Source: Syntrophales bacterium
Lineage (GTDB): Bacteria > Desulfobacterota > Syntrophia > Syntrophales > PHBD01
Reading direction: 5' to 3'
DNA: 64,000 nt
NCBI GenBank assembly: GCA_963668175.1
Contig: OY764159.1
Coordinates: 704,001 to 768,000, forward strand
Below are positions 8,484-18,273 of the stretch, piece after piece. The translations under genes and the position numbers were made by a program. The first letter of the stretch is position 1; each line of letters begins with the position of its first letter. Below the pieces are notes generated by a model that was not told the DNA's origin, ran no database searches, and saw only the letters and a program-made list of their open reading frames with translations.

Positions 8484-11093
8484 ATGCTGATTGAAAGCCT
8501 GTCACATTTTCTTGACGGACATCCCAGTCCCGTTCTTCATATCAGTAAGGACGGTGCTATCGTATATGCCAATAAGGCCAGCTCACCGCTTCTCGATGCC
8601 TGGAAAGCCCAGGCGGGCAGTCGGCTGCCCGAAGAATTCCACCAACTTGTCCTGAAGTCGCTTGAGAACGGCGCAAAGATGCAGACCGAGACGACCGCCA
8701 ACGGGGCAACATATACTCTGGAGATTACACCTCTCAAAGACGGACAAGGCGCCGGTATCTACGGCACCGATATCACGAAACTGAAATTTACCGAGAAAGC
8801 CTTAAAAGAATCAGAAGACCGTTTAAGGATCATTGCCGAACATACCTATGACTGGGAGTGCTGGCTGGATCCTGACGGCGTCTACCTTTTCACCTCTCCT
8901 TCCTGTGAAAGAATAACGGGCTATAAAGCGGCAGCGTTCGCGGCGGATCAAAATCTGATGACGAGGATCGTTCATCCGGAAGACCAGCCTGCCTACCGCC
9001 GGTTCTTACAGCAACAGGACGGCACGCCCGAAGATCCGTTCCGTTTTCGTATCGTTCATCGGGACGGTACCCTGCGCTGGCTGGGCCAGTCTTGTGAAAC
9101 GGTCCGGGATGGTGCCGGCAGTTACCTCGGCAAACGTTGCAGCATCCGCGACATAACGGATCAGAAATGGGCCGAAGAGGAACTGAAGATCAGGAACATC
9201 CTTTTGACGGCCCAGCAAGAGGCGTCCATCTACGGCATTTTGATCGTTGATGACCGGGACAGAATCCTTCGTTTCAACAAGCAACTCACGGATATGTGGG
9301 GACTTACTGCGGAAGAGCTTCACGGGATATCGGGAAGATCCGTCCTGGAAAAGGTAGCGGATAAAGTATCGGAACGGCAGCAATATCTGGACAGAGTAGC
9401 GTTTCTTTACGGGCACAAGGCCGAAAACAGCCAGGATCAGATCATCCTGAAAGACGGTCGGATGTTCGAGTGGTATTCGGCCACGACGTTTGGATCCGAC
9501 GGCGAATATTACGGAAAAATTCTGTATTTTAGAGATATTACTGCTCGCAACCAGGCGGAGCGCGCCCTTCGGGAAAGCAGGGAGCTTTACGAGAATCTGG
9601 CGGAAAAGTCGCTGGCCGGCGTTTTCGTGGTCCAGGACGGTAAATTCAAGTTCATCAATTCCCAGGGGATTGCCTTTTCGGGTTACGAGCCGGAAGAAAT
9701 ACTGGAGAAGGATGCCTCCATGCTCATCCATGACGAGGACAGGGACCACGTCATGAAGAACGCCAAGAGAATGCTCTCGGGAGAGCAGACAAGCCCTTAC
9801 GAATTCCGGATTGTGACGAAACAGGGAACACATCGGTGGGTCATGGGCATGGTGACTGCCATCCAATACAGCGGCCGTCCGGCTATTCTCGGCAACACCA
9901 TGGATATCACGGAGCAAAAGAAGGCGGAAGAAGATAAACGGAGCTTGGAAAAACAATTGCGGCAGGCGCAAAAGATGGAGGCCATCGGAACCCTGGCGTC
10001 GGGGATCGCCCATGATTTTAACAATATCCTGGGCGCTATTTCGGGTTATACCGAGATGGCCATGGAAGAGGCTGACAGGGAAACAGGCCTGTATGCCTAT
10101 CTCGATCAGATATTCCGGGGATCGAAGCGGGCCATCGACCTGGTCAGGCAGATTCTGGCTTTCAGCCGTCAGACGGAGCAGGAACTGAGACCGATAAGTT
10201 TTGACAGGATCACCAAGGAGACGCTGAAACTCATGCGGGCTACCCTGCCGTCGACCATCAGGATTATCCATCACCTCGAATGCGACCATGACATCGTTCT
10301 TGCCGATCCCGGACAGATTCAACAAGTCTTGATGAACCTCTGTACCAACGCGGCCGATGCCATGCGCGACCGGGGCGGGACCCTGGAGGTGAATCTTGTC
10401 AGCCGATCGATAAGTTCCCAGGATGCCGTCAATTACGGGTCGTTGCCTCCCGGCCCCTATCTGGAGCTTTCGGTCAAGGATGACGGTGAAGGTATTCATC
10501 CGGATATTATCGACCGTGTATTCGATCCCTTTTTTACAACCAAGAATAATGGTACGGGCATGGGCCTGTCCGTCGTGCACGGTATCATCAAGAACCATGG
10601 GGGGGAAATCGCTGTGGAGTCCGATTGGGGGCACGGGAGTATATTCCGGGTCTATCTCCCCAGTCTCGAGGCAGACCCGCGTCCCCTCGATCAGGATTTA
10701 AATGCGGAGTTGCCTAAAGGGCGGGAGAGAATCCTCTTTATCGATGACGAAGAGATTCTGGTCAAGCTCGGTCAGGTCATGCTGTCGAAGTTGGGGTACA
10801 AAGTCGAAGGCGAATGCAGCAGTTTCACGGCCCTGGAAAAATTCAAAGCCGATCCGGAACGTTATGATTTGGTCATTACCGACATGACGATGCCCGGCAT
10901 GACGGGGGTGGAGCTTGCCCGGGAACTCCTCTCGATAAGAGAAGATCTGCCCATGATTCTCTGTACGGGATTCCACGATTCCATTTCCCCCGTGAAGGCG
11001 AAGCAGCTTGGTTTCCGCGAGTTTGTGCTGAAACCCATATTGATGCAGCAGATTGCCGGAATTATTAGACGAATATTGGACCAGCCCTTTTGA
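8484..11093 (+). CDS. Multi-PAS hybrid sensor histidine kinase/response regulator
   Basis: About four PAS/PAC repeats, H-box GIAHDFNNIL, N/G boxes (NLCTNAADA, DDGEG, FDPFFTTK, GTGMGL), C-terminal receiver (IDDE, TDMTMP, KP). Confidence 0.93.
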   Translation: MLIESLSHFLDGHPSPVLHISKDGAIVYANKASSPLLDAWKAQAGSRLPEEFHQLVLKSLENGAKMQTETTANGATYTLEITPLKDGQGAGIYGTDITKLKFTEKALKESEDRLRIIAEHTYDWECWLDPDGVYLFTSPSCERITGYKAAAFAADQNLMTRIVHPEDQPAYRRFLQQQDGTPEDPFRFRIVHRDGTLRWLGQSCETVRDGAGSYLGKRCSIRDITDQKWAEEELKIRNILLTAQQEASIYGILIVDDRDRILRFNKQLTDMWGLTAEELHGISGRSVLEKVADKVSERQQYLDRVAFLYGHKAENSQDQIILKDGRMFEWYSATTFGSDGEYYGKILYFRDITARNQAERALRESRELYENLAEKSLAGVFVVQDGKFKFINSQGIAFSGYEPEEILEKDASMLIHDEDRDHVMKNAKRMLSGEQTSPYEFRIVTKQGTHRWVMGMVTAIQYSGRPAILGNTMDITEQKKAEEDKRSLEKQLRQAQKMEAIGTLASGIAHDFNNILGAISGYTEMAMEEADRETGLYAYLDQIFRGSKRAIDLVRQILAFSRQTEQELRPISFDRITKETLKLMRATLPSTIRIIHHLECDHDIVLADPGQIQQVLMNLCTNAADAMRDRGGTLEVNLVSRSISSQDAVNYGSLPPGPYLELSVKDDGEGIHPDIIDRVFDPFFTTKNNGTGMGLSVVHGIIKNHGGEIAVESDWGHGSIFRVYLPSLEADPRPLDQDLNAELPKGRERILFIDDEEILVKLGQVMLSKLGYKVEGECSSFTALEKFKADPERYDLVITDMTMPGMTGVELARELLSIREDLPMILCTGFHDSISPVKAKQLGFREFVLKPILMQQIAGIIRRILDQPF

Positions 11094-11109
11094 TGAAGGA
11101 GAGCCGTAG

Positions 11110-12504
11110 ATGGCGACCATACTTATTGTGGACGACGAAAAGATTATGTCCAACATGATCAAGGACATGGTGACGCAAATGGGCCATGAAGCCGTTACCG
11201 TTTATACGCTTAAAGACGGTGTCGCCGAGGCTTCTGACCGCCCTTTCGATGTTGTCTTCCTGGATGTGAGACTTCCCGACGGTAACGGCCTGGATGCCCT
11301 GCCGCAGATTCAGGCTACTTCTTCGACGCCGGAAGTTGTTATTATTACGGGTTATGGCGATCCCGACGGGGCGGAACTGGCCATGAAAAATGGTGCCTGG
11401 GATTACCTGGAAAAGACATCGTCCTTGAAAACCATTAAACTGTGCCTGGAAAGGGCAATCCAATATCGGGAAATCAAAAAGGAGAAAAGAACGCCCCTGG
11501 TGTTCAACCGGGAGCAGATTATCGGCGGCAGCACCAAGATGATGTCGTGCCTGGATCTCCTGGCACAAGCAGCTGTGACCGATGCCGATGTGCTCATTTT
11601 TGGCGAAACGGGTACCGGCAAGGAACTGTTTGCACAGGCCATCCATAAGAACAGCAAGAGATCGCAGGGCAATTTCATCATTGTCGATTGCGCCGCCCTG
11701 CCGCCGACCATTGTGGAGAGCATCCTGTTCGGTCATGAAAAGGGTGCCTTTACCGGCGCCGACAAGGCCAGGGAAGGGCTTATCGGCCAGGCCGACGGGG
11801 GGACGCTCTTTCTGGATGAAGTGGGAGAACTGCCCCTTGTGGTTCAAAAGGCCTTTCTGCGGGTACTTCAGGAAAGGTCTTACCGCCCCGTAGGAGGAAA
11901 AGTCGAACATAAGAGCAATTTCCGGTTGGTTTCGGCCACGAATCGGGACCTGGATCAGATGGTCAAGAACAACCAGTTCCGCGACGATTTTCTCTTCCGC
12001 CTGAAGACGATTACCATCGAGCTGCCGCCGCTCAGGGAACATAGCGAGGACATCGGAGAACTTGTCTTCTATTACCTTGGGAAATTCTGCGAACGCTACG
12101 ATATGAAGCCCAAGAGTCTTTCCTCCGAATTCCTGGACAGTCTCGTAGCTTATTCCTGGCCCGGCAATGTCCGGGAATTGGTCCATACCTTGGAAAGGGT
12201 CCTGGCGGTGACGAGGGACGAAACCATTCTTTATCCGCAGCACCTTCCCACGGAGATAAGGGTTAAGCTAGCCCGGGCTTCATTGACGAGAAAGAAACCC
12301 AGCACGAGTTTAGGTTTTACTTTCGATGTCGCATCAGGGTATCCGAAGTTTGCTGAGTACCGGAAAACCGTCGATGAGGAATATTTACGCGGCCTGATGA
12401 CTTTGACAAGCAGCAACATCAAAGAAGCATGCGCCATTTCAGGGCTTTCCAGATCACACTTGTATGCCCTGTTGAAGGATCACGGTTTGCAGCAGCCGGA
12501 ATGA
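11110..12504 (+). CDS. Sigma-54-dependent NtrC/Fis-family response regulator
   Basis: Receiver (VDDE, LDVRLPDG), AAA+ GETGTGKE, GAFTGA, FLDEVGE, WPGNVREL, C-terminal HTH. Confidence 0.93.
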   Translation: MATILIVDDEKIMSNMIKDMVTQMGHEAVTVYTLKDGVAEASDRPFDVVFLDVRLPDGNGLDALPQIQATSSTPEVVIITGYGDPDGAELAMKNGAWDYLEKTSSLKTIKLCLERAIQYREIKKEKRTPLVFNREQIIGGSTKMMSCLDLLAQAAVTDADVLIFGETGTGKELFAQAIHKNSKRSQGNFIIVDCAALPPTIVESILFGHEKGAFTGADKAREGLIGQADGGTLFLDEVGELPLVVQKAFLRVLQERSYRPVGGKVEHKSNFRLVSATNRDLDQMVKNNQFRDDFLFRLKTITIELPPLREHSEDIGELVFYYLGKFCERYDMKPKSLSSEFLDSLVAYSWPGNVRELVHTLERVLAVTRDETILYPQHLPTEIRVKLARASLTRKKPSTSLGFTFDVASGYPKFAEYRKTVDEEYLRGLMTLTSSNIKEACAISGLSRSHLYALLKDHGLQQPE

Positions 12505-12556
12505 CACTCTGCCAAGGAGGGGAGCCCAGCCGGGAGCCTTTCCCCCTGAGAATCAA

Positions 12557-12591
12557 GTCCGATATTTTGGATGCCGTCCGGCATTTCGGAC
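12557..12591. promoter_or_regulatory. Tandem palindromic candidate enhancer sites for a sigma-54 activator
   Basis: GTCCGATATTTTGGAT (12557-12572) and GTCCGGCATTTCGGAC (12576-12591), about 110-140 bp upstream of a -24/-12-like element. Confidence 0.5.
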
Positions 12592-12698
12592 AACCCAGCC
12601 TATCGTCAGTTCCAATTCTATAACGCCGTCAAATAAGCGAAAAGTTTAACTAGCTGAATAAATTATTCATTCAAATATTTTTCGCCTGCGATGCGCTA

Positions 12699-12714
12699 TG
12701 GCACAATTATTGGT
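12699..12714 (+). promoter_or_regulatory. Candidate sigma-54 (-24/-12) promoter
   Basis: TGGCAC-AATTA-TTGGT versus consensus TGGCAC-N5-TTGCW (one mismatch at -12), preceded by an AT-rich tract. Confidence 0.5.
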
Positions 12715-12766
12715 TAGATAATACCTTAGTTCTTTTACGGGGGAGAATCAGGAATTCAAGAAAGCA

Positions 12767-13147
12767 GTGATGTCGATGTCGATACTGATCTATTATACCG
12801 ACTCAACAGAGGCCGGCGAAAGCCTGAGGCAGGCCATCGAACAATCGGTTCAGGACGAGACGATCGAAGTCTACAGGGAAATAGGTGCTTTGTCGAAAAG
12901 GCTGCATCGTCCCTCTTTTGATCTTTCGGTTGTGATCCTGTTTTGCTGTTCCAAGGACGACCTCATGGATGTTCTCACTTTACAGAACCTGTTGAAAGAT
13001 GTGCGTATTATCCTGATTCTTCCGGATGACGACGACGATACCCTGGCCAAAGGGCATGCTTTAGGTCCAAGGTTCCTCAGCTACCGCGACGAGGGTTTTC
13101 GCGATGTTGCCGGCGTACTGAGCCGCATGATCGGCAAGCGGGAATAG
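12767..13147 (+). CDS. Hypothetical protein, degenerate receiver-like alpha/beta domain
   Basis: Alternating hydrophobic strands (ILIYY, VVILF, IILIL) in a 126-aa protein; canonical phospho-acceptor residues not evident. Confidence 0.65.
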   Translation: MMSMSILIYYTDSTEAGESLRQAIEQSVQDETIEVYREIGALSKRLHRPSFDLSVVILFCCSKDDLMDVLTLQNLLKDVRIILILPDDDDDTLAKGHALGPRFLSYRDEGFRDVAGVLSRMIGKRE

Positions 13148-13211
13148 CCGTCACGGGTTATCGGTTCCCGTACAGTCCTGATCGGGATAGATGATCGGCG
13201 GATTGATCTAG

Positions 13212-13279
13212 GGGAAGGAGGAGTGGAAGTGCTTACCCCCCCCATTATGAGTGCCAAGCTCCTCTCTTTCCCTTTTTTT
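13212..13279 (+). terminator. Putative intrinsic terminator (large-loop hairpin + U tract)
   Basis: GGGAAGGAGGAG...CTCCTCTCTTTCCC followed by TTTTTTT. Confidence 0.4.
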
Positions 13280-13847
13280 ATTCGTTTGTTACGACTCTTA
13301 AGGCGTCAGGGGAGAGAGTTCGACCGCAGTACGGCAACCGTCAATCCGGGGCCGCTGCCATTATGATCTTGACACGTGTGTCTAAAATACACGTCGCATG
13401 ACCATCCTATATATTGGTCATACAAATCGTGCGGCAATATGAAAAGCGCGATCGATGCAAGGTTAACGGGACGGTATCAATATTGATCTTGCCGATATCT
13501 GAACAGGAATATACCGTTTTCATGAAGGGGGAGACATCAATCCCCCTTTTTTTTCGCCGTCTTCGGTTTCCTGGCAACAGACACCAACGCCATCGTGCCG
13601 TTCCGGAATTCTCAGTCGTCGCTCGCCGAAGCGACGGCTCGCTTCCCGCGGGGCGCTGCCTGGCCAGTGGGCGTCCACGGTCCGTTACATTGAATCCTTG
13701 CGGGTTCCGAAAGATTCTCAGCCGCCAGTCTTTTGCACCGGCATGACGCCGTAATAAAAAAATTGACAACATCCCTTAATATTCAGTAAATAGTCCAATT
13801 CCCGATGATCTCTTCGATTATCATCCATCCGTATGAGGTGTAACCAT

Positions 13848-15947
13848 ATGCGAATAAGACGACTCATGATTGCCATGATTGTGCTTCTGGTTGCCGCTCA
13901 AGCCCATTCTGCGAGTTCGATCAACAAGTGGGTATCCCTTGACTCGGATTCCAAGAGCCGCATCAAGAAAATCATTCAGTCCGAAGTCGAAGGACAGGAA
14001 GGGTTTTCGACGTCGCAGGAAGAAAAAATGAACACGAGAGTTGTAGAACAGGAACGCACCAAGGAACTCTCGTCCTTCAAGGCGGCTATTGACGGCGCCA
14101 ATAAGGAGTTCGTTCGGACAAAGAAGAGGCGGGATGATATATCGGCCCAGTTTCAGACGGCATCATATGATTTCGAAGAGCTGCAGAAAAACGTCAAGAC
14201 CATGACGACGGGCATCGAGAATATCAACAACCAGATTGTCCGGTATGAGCAGGATATCAAGACGCAGCAGGCGGCCCTGAAAAAATGGCTGCAAACGGAA
14301 AAACAAGGCGAAGCGGTAGTTGCCGTCATCTATACGCGGGGCTTCAAGGATAAAGCCCACGATCTGGAAGCCCTTGCCGATCAGGCGTCTTCGCCGCTCA
14401 TGGCCCAGCATATGGGTACCTATATCCGCTCGTTCAGCAAGGTCATAGATAAGGTCCTCACGGCCGACTTCATTCAGGCCATCGAAGAAGGTTCGGCGAA
14501 ATGGAATAATGAAGAACCGCTTCGTATAGAGCTTGATAAAGGCAACCGGGGAACAACCTATCTCCGGCTCAAGAGGTATGAGCTGTATCCTTTCCAGGAC
14601 CCGAAGACGGGCCGCGTTCGTCCCAATGCCGAAGCGAAGAAGATGAAAGCGGCTCTTGTGACTTCTCCAAAAGAATTGGAAGCATTTCTCGCTCAGAACA
14701 AGTTCTCGCCTAAGGAATTCGACCTCAGCAGGGCGGATTATATGATCCGTGAAACCCTCCAGAACGACAAGCAGGCCGAAGAAGGTTTGAAAGAACAGGT
14801 GGGCTCCTTCCGCGAGAGGATATCTGCCCTTCAGGAAAAGATCACTTCCTCCCGGTCGGACCGCGAGCAGGAGACGTCCCAGGTCAAGAAGAAACAGCTT
14901 CAGTTCGACAAGATGCGCCTGGATTTGAATGGCCTGAAGCAAAAGAAGGATGCCGCCGAGAAGGCATTTCAGGACGCCCAGACGGCGCTCCACGATATCA
15001 AGCGCACGCACGAGTCGATCATCATCAAGACGAGTCTTGCGACGACCAAAGGTTCCCAGACGCCCGCCGAGGCGTCGGCCGAAGCCATCATCGATAAGCT
15101 CGAAGAGGTTCGCAACGATGCCAAAATGCAGCATTCCACTTCAACGACCGAGGTGATGAACTATCAGGTCACGAAAGAGTCGTCGGCCCAGGCCGTCACC
15201 GAAGCGAAAATTATCGCCGTGCGGCTGATCTCCTTTGTGAATGAAGGCGACAGTGTCCGGGTAAAGATGGCGTTTCGCGTCAAGACGTCGCTCGAGGAAC
15301 AGAAGACAGGAAAACAGGAAAAAGGATTCTTCGACGGAGTGTTTGGTTCTTCCTCTCAGGAAGAACCGCCGCCCAAAGCGGTCGAAAAGAAAGAACCCCC
15401 GCCGAAGTCCGTCGCCAAGTATGAACCCGCGCCGGAAGTCCCAAAGGCTGCAGAGGTTAGAAAGCCCGCTCCGGAACCCGAGAAAGCCGCGCCGGCTACC
15501 CCCAAGCGGCCGACGAAGGCGATTGCTTCCGGACAGTCCAATGAATTTATCTTCGATTTAATCAGTGCCCAGATTTCGGGAGACCAGGTTACGTTTACAG
15601 TGGCAGCCACGAACAATGCCTCGGGCACCAAGTATATCACCCTGTATGATGAAACGTCGGGACGCTATAAAAGGTCGTCGCTGACGGACTATGCGGGAAA
15701 AACATATGAAGTGAACGAAGTCTACCTGTGGCGCGGAGAGCAGAAGACCCCGGCAAGAGATGCCTACAGGGGCATTCCGGTGGAGGCAGGAGAGAGCATT
15801 ATAGCCCAACTGATCTTCAAGAAAATGTCGCCCCGTACCCGGGGAGTCAAACTCCTGACGCTTCATCCATTTACGGCGGTCCGGGTCATGTTCTTTAAAT
15901 GGCGTGACGAAGATCTGGTTTTTTCCAATATCCCTGTGCGCCGTTAG
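13848..15947 (+). CDS. Secreted coiled-coil hypothetical protein with Pro/Lys-rich linker and C-terminal beta domain
   Basis: Signal peptide (RRLMIAMIVLLVAAQAHS), long heptad-rich segments, EPPPK/PAPE linker; about 700-aa ORF with an upstream TTGACA. Confidence 0.8.
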   Translation: MRIRRLMIAMIVLLVAAQAHSASSINKWVSLDSDSKSRIKKIIQSEVEGQEGFSTSQEEKMNTRVVEQERTKELSSFKAAIDGANKEFVRTKKRRDDISAQFQTASYDFEELQKNVKTMTTGIENINNQIVRYEQDIKTQQAALKKWLQTEKQGEAVVAVIYTRGFKDKAHDLEALADQASSPLMAQHMGTYIRSFSKVIDKVLTADFIQAIEEGSAKWNNEEPLRIELDKGNRGTTYLRLKRYELYPFQDPKTGRVRPNAEAKKMKAALVTSPKELEAFLAQNKFSPKEFDLSRADYMIRETLQNDKQAEEGLKEQVGSFRERISALQEKITSSRSDREQETSQVKKKQLQFDKMRLDLNGLKQKKDAAEKAFQDAQTALHDIKRTHESIIIKTSLATTKGSQTPAEASAEAIIDKLEEVRNDAKMQHSTSTTEVMNYQVTKESSAQAVTEAKIIAVRLISFVNEGDSVRVKMAFRVKTSLEEQKTGKQEKGFFDGVFGSSSQEEPPPKAVEKKEPPPKSVAKYEPAPEVPKAAEVRKPAPEPEKAAPATPKRPTKAIASGQSNEFIFDLISAQISGDQVTFTVAATNNASGTKYITLYDETSGRYKRSSLTDYAGKTYEVNEVYLWRGEQKTPARDAYRGIPVEAGESIIAQLIFKKMSPRTRGVKLLTLHPFTAVRVMFFKWRDEDLVFSNIPVRR

Positions 15948-15965
15948 AGAAGCGTATTATCAGAA

Positions 15966-16349
15966 ATGGTCTGCAAGGGACGACGCCTCTTGTTTATCAT
16001 AAGAAAAATGATGCGGCATCTGGCAAAGACGGACTTTGTCCGGCGTGCCCTGGCCGAAGAAACGGATTTGAGTATCTTAAGGCGAAAGCCGACAGCACGT
16101 ACCTACACGGGCCTTTTCCTGATTCTGTTCAGTTACGTTATAGGCTGGCCTGCCGTGGCGCTCACGGGATTCCTCGCTTTCCACACCGGGGAACCGCTGA
16201 TTGCCGTCGTCGGAGGCCCCGTCATGTACGGATTGTCCCACCTTGTTTTTCTAGCCGGCGCCTATCTCGCCGGAATTGACTATGCAAGGGTTTTCCTGTT
16301 ATGGGCTACGCGCGCAGCCTATAAGAGGGTACTCGATCATCGGGATTAA
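15966..16349 (+). CDS. Hypothetical membrane protein
   Basis: 2-3 hydrophobic helices (TGLFLILFSYVIGWPAVAL, VMYGLSHLVFLAGAYLAG); immediately upstream of the ACP. Confidence 0.7.
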   Translation: MVCKGRRLLFIIRKMMRHLAKTDFVRRALAEETDLSILRRKPTARTYTGLFLILFSYVIGWPAVALTGFLAFHTGEPLIAVVGGPVMYGLSHLVFLAGAYLAGIDYARVFLLWATRAAYKRVLDHRD

Positions 16350-16449
16350 GCACCGCCGAAATTGCAGATGCGCAAAAAGCCGAATCAGGGTGTCTATATG
16401 AATAATTCACCAGGCGGTGAATTTGATAATGAACGGAGGATAGAGGTTC

Positions 16450-16704
16450 ATGGATGAATTGGTCAAGGAACTAAAAGTAAAGATTATCGAAACATTGGGG
16501 TTGCTGGACGTCACGCCTGACGATATTGACGAATCGGGACAACTGGTTGGAGGCGATCTCGGCCTCGATTCCATCGATGTCCTGGAGTTGGTCATGATGA
16601 TCGAGAAAGATTACGGGATTAAAATCGACAACAAGGAACTCGGCGTTAAAGTTTTTGCCTCTGTAAGGGCGTTGGCCGAACATATCCAGGCCAATCGTAC
16701 TTAA
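16450..16704 (+). CDS. Acyl carrier protein 1
   Basis: 84 aa, acidic, LGLDSIDVLEL phosphopantetheine-Ser motif. Confidence 0.92.
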   Translation: MDELVKELKVKIIETLGLLDVTPDDIDESGQLVGGDLGLDSIDVLELVMMIEKDYGIKIDNKELGVKVFASVRALAEHIQANRT

Positions 16705-16741
16705 GTGTAAAAATTCTTTTCAGTCCTGCGAAGAGACAACG

Positions 16742-18214
16742 ATGACGGATACAGTTCAGGAGTCTGCCGAGATAGTCATCATCGGTTCCGGTATTGGCGG
16801 CCTTTCCGCGGGTATCATCTTGGCAAGACTCGGTTACCGGGTCGTCCTCGTCGAAAAGAACCGGCGTCCCGGCGGGTTGATGAGGGGCTACCGAAGGAGA
16901 GGATACGATTGCCCCGTAGGCATCCATTATCTGGGATCGCTGGCCGAAGGCCAGGTTATGCACCGGATGTTTCAATATCTCGGTGTCATGGACAGGATTC
17001 CTCTGGAGCGCATGGGGCGCGAAGGGATTATCGACCGTTACATCTTCCGTGATTTTATCTTCGATCTTCCCGAAGGCATTCAGGCGTTCGCAGAAAACCT
17101 GAGATCGGCCTTTCCGGGCGATCGGGACCTTATAGACGGAATAATCGGCAATATCACCGATATTGCCGCCCGTCTCGATACCCTCGAATTCCTCTACTCT
17201 CCGTCTCTTTCCATCTCATCGTTCGAGCATTTGGAATCGATGGATTCTTTTTTGACGAGGCACGGCTGCTCGCCGCGTCTCCGCGCCGTGCTGGGGGTGC
17301 CGCCTTCCTGGATAGGCCTTTCCCTCCGTGATTGCCCCGTCCTCTATCACCATATGGCTTTGGTCTCCTATCTCTTGTCCGCCTGGCGCTTAAAGAAAGA
17401 CGGTTCACAGATGGCCGATGTCCTGGTCGACCGCTTCCGGGAGTTGGGCGGACAGGTCCTGACCGGTGAAGAGGTCGAACGGATTCTCGTGAACAACTCT
17501 GTTGTCGAAGGCGTCGTCTGCAAGTCAGGGCTTCTACTCAAAACCGCATCCGTCATTGCCGCCGTCCATCCCGGAGTGGTCGTCGGGATGATTCCACCGC
17601 CTGATCTGAAGCCGTCTTATCGGCGCCGCGTCAGAGAGATGGAGAATACGCCCGGAATCTTTTCCGCAAGTTTCGTCGTCAACGACCTGTCATGCCCGGA
17701 TTATCCTTACAATATTTTCGATGTCGAGGATGACGACGAGGGCAATGTCGACACCGGAGCCTTTTATCAGCTGAGAAGGAGTCCGGAAGACGGAAAAGTC
17801 CTTCTCTCTATCCTTGTGCCGGAAACCATTGAACCCTGGCGGGCATGGGAAAATTCTCGATCGGGGCAGCGCGGCGATGCCTATCTCGAAGCCAAGGAGA
17901 AGAAGGCGGAACATTTACTAGAGACGGCAGTGACGGTCATAGGTCCCTTAAAGGATGTCGAACTCCTCGACACTTATACGCCGCTGACGATACGGGATTG
18001 GGTCGGAAGTCCCGACGGATCGGCCTATGGCGTTTCCCGCTCTACAAAACAGCTTCTTCACACGGCGACCTTAAGCCGTCCGGCCGTCCGCGGGTTGTAT
18101 TTCGCCGGGCAGAATGTCCTGCTCCCGGGCATCGTCGGTACCGTATTCGCATCGTTTCATACGGTCAAACAGATCATCGGTTATGAATGTTTTTGCAGCG
18201 AGGTCTCCTTATAG
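16742..18214 (+). CDS. FAD-dependent oxidoreductase, phytoene desaturase/retinol saturase family
   Basis: IIGSGIGGL dinucleotide motif, EKNRRPGG, TPLTIRDW...GSAYG, GLYFAGQ. Confidence 0.85.
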   Translation: MTDTVQESAEIVIIGSGIGGLSAGIILARLGYRVVLVEKNRRPGGLMRGYRRRGYDCPVGIHYLGSLAEGQVMHRMFQYLGVMDRIPLERMGREGIIDRYIFRDFIFDLPEGIQAFAENLRSAFPGDRDLIDGIIGNITDIAARLDTLEFLYSPSLSISSFEHLESMDSFLTRHGCSPRLRAVLGVPPSWIGLSLRDCPVLYHHMALVSYLLSAWRLKKDGSQMADVLVDRFRELGGQVLTGEEVERILVNNSVVEGVVCKSGLLLKTASVIAAVHPGVVVGMIPPPDLKPSYRRRVREMENTPGIFSASFVVNDLSCPDYPYNIFDVEDDDEGNVDTGAFYQLRRSPEDGKVLLSILVPETIEPWRAWENSRSGQRGDAYLEAKEKKAEHLLETAVTVIGPLKDVELLDTYTPLTIRDWVGSPDGSAYGVSRSTKQLLHTATLSRPAVRGLYFAGQNVLLPGIVGTVFASFHTVKQIIGYECFCSEVSL

Positions 18215-18273
18215 GGGCGTACAGTTCTTCTACTGCGGGATTCATGGTATATCAGGAAACCTTCCCCTTCGCT

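Noticed and set aside
13407..13772. Overlapping 110-aa and 121-aa ORFs on opposite strands
   Set aside because: No RBS or motifs and Arg/Pro-rich composition; likely intergenic sequence.
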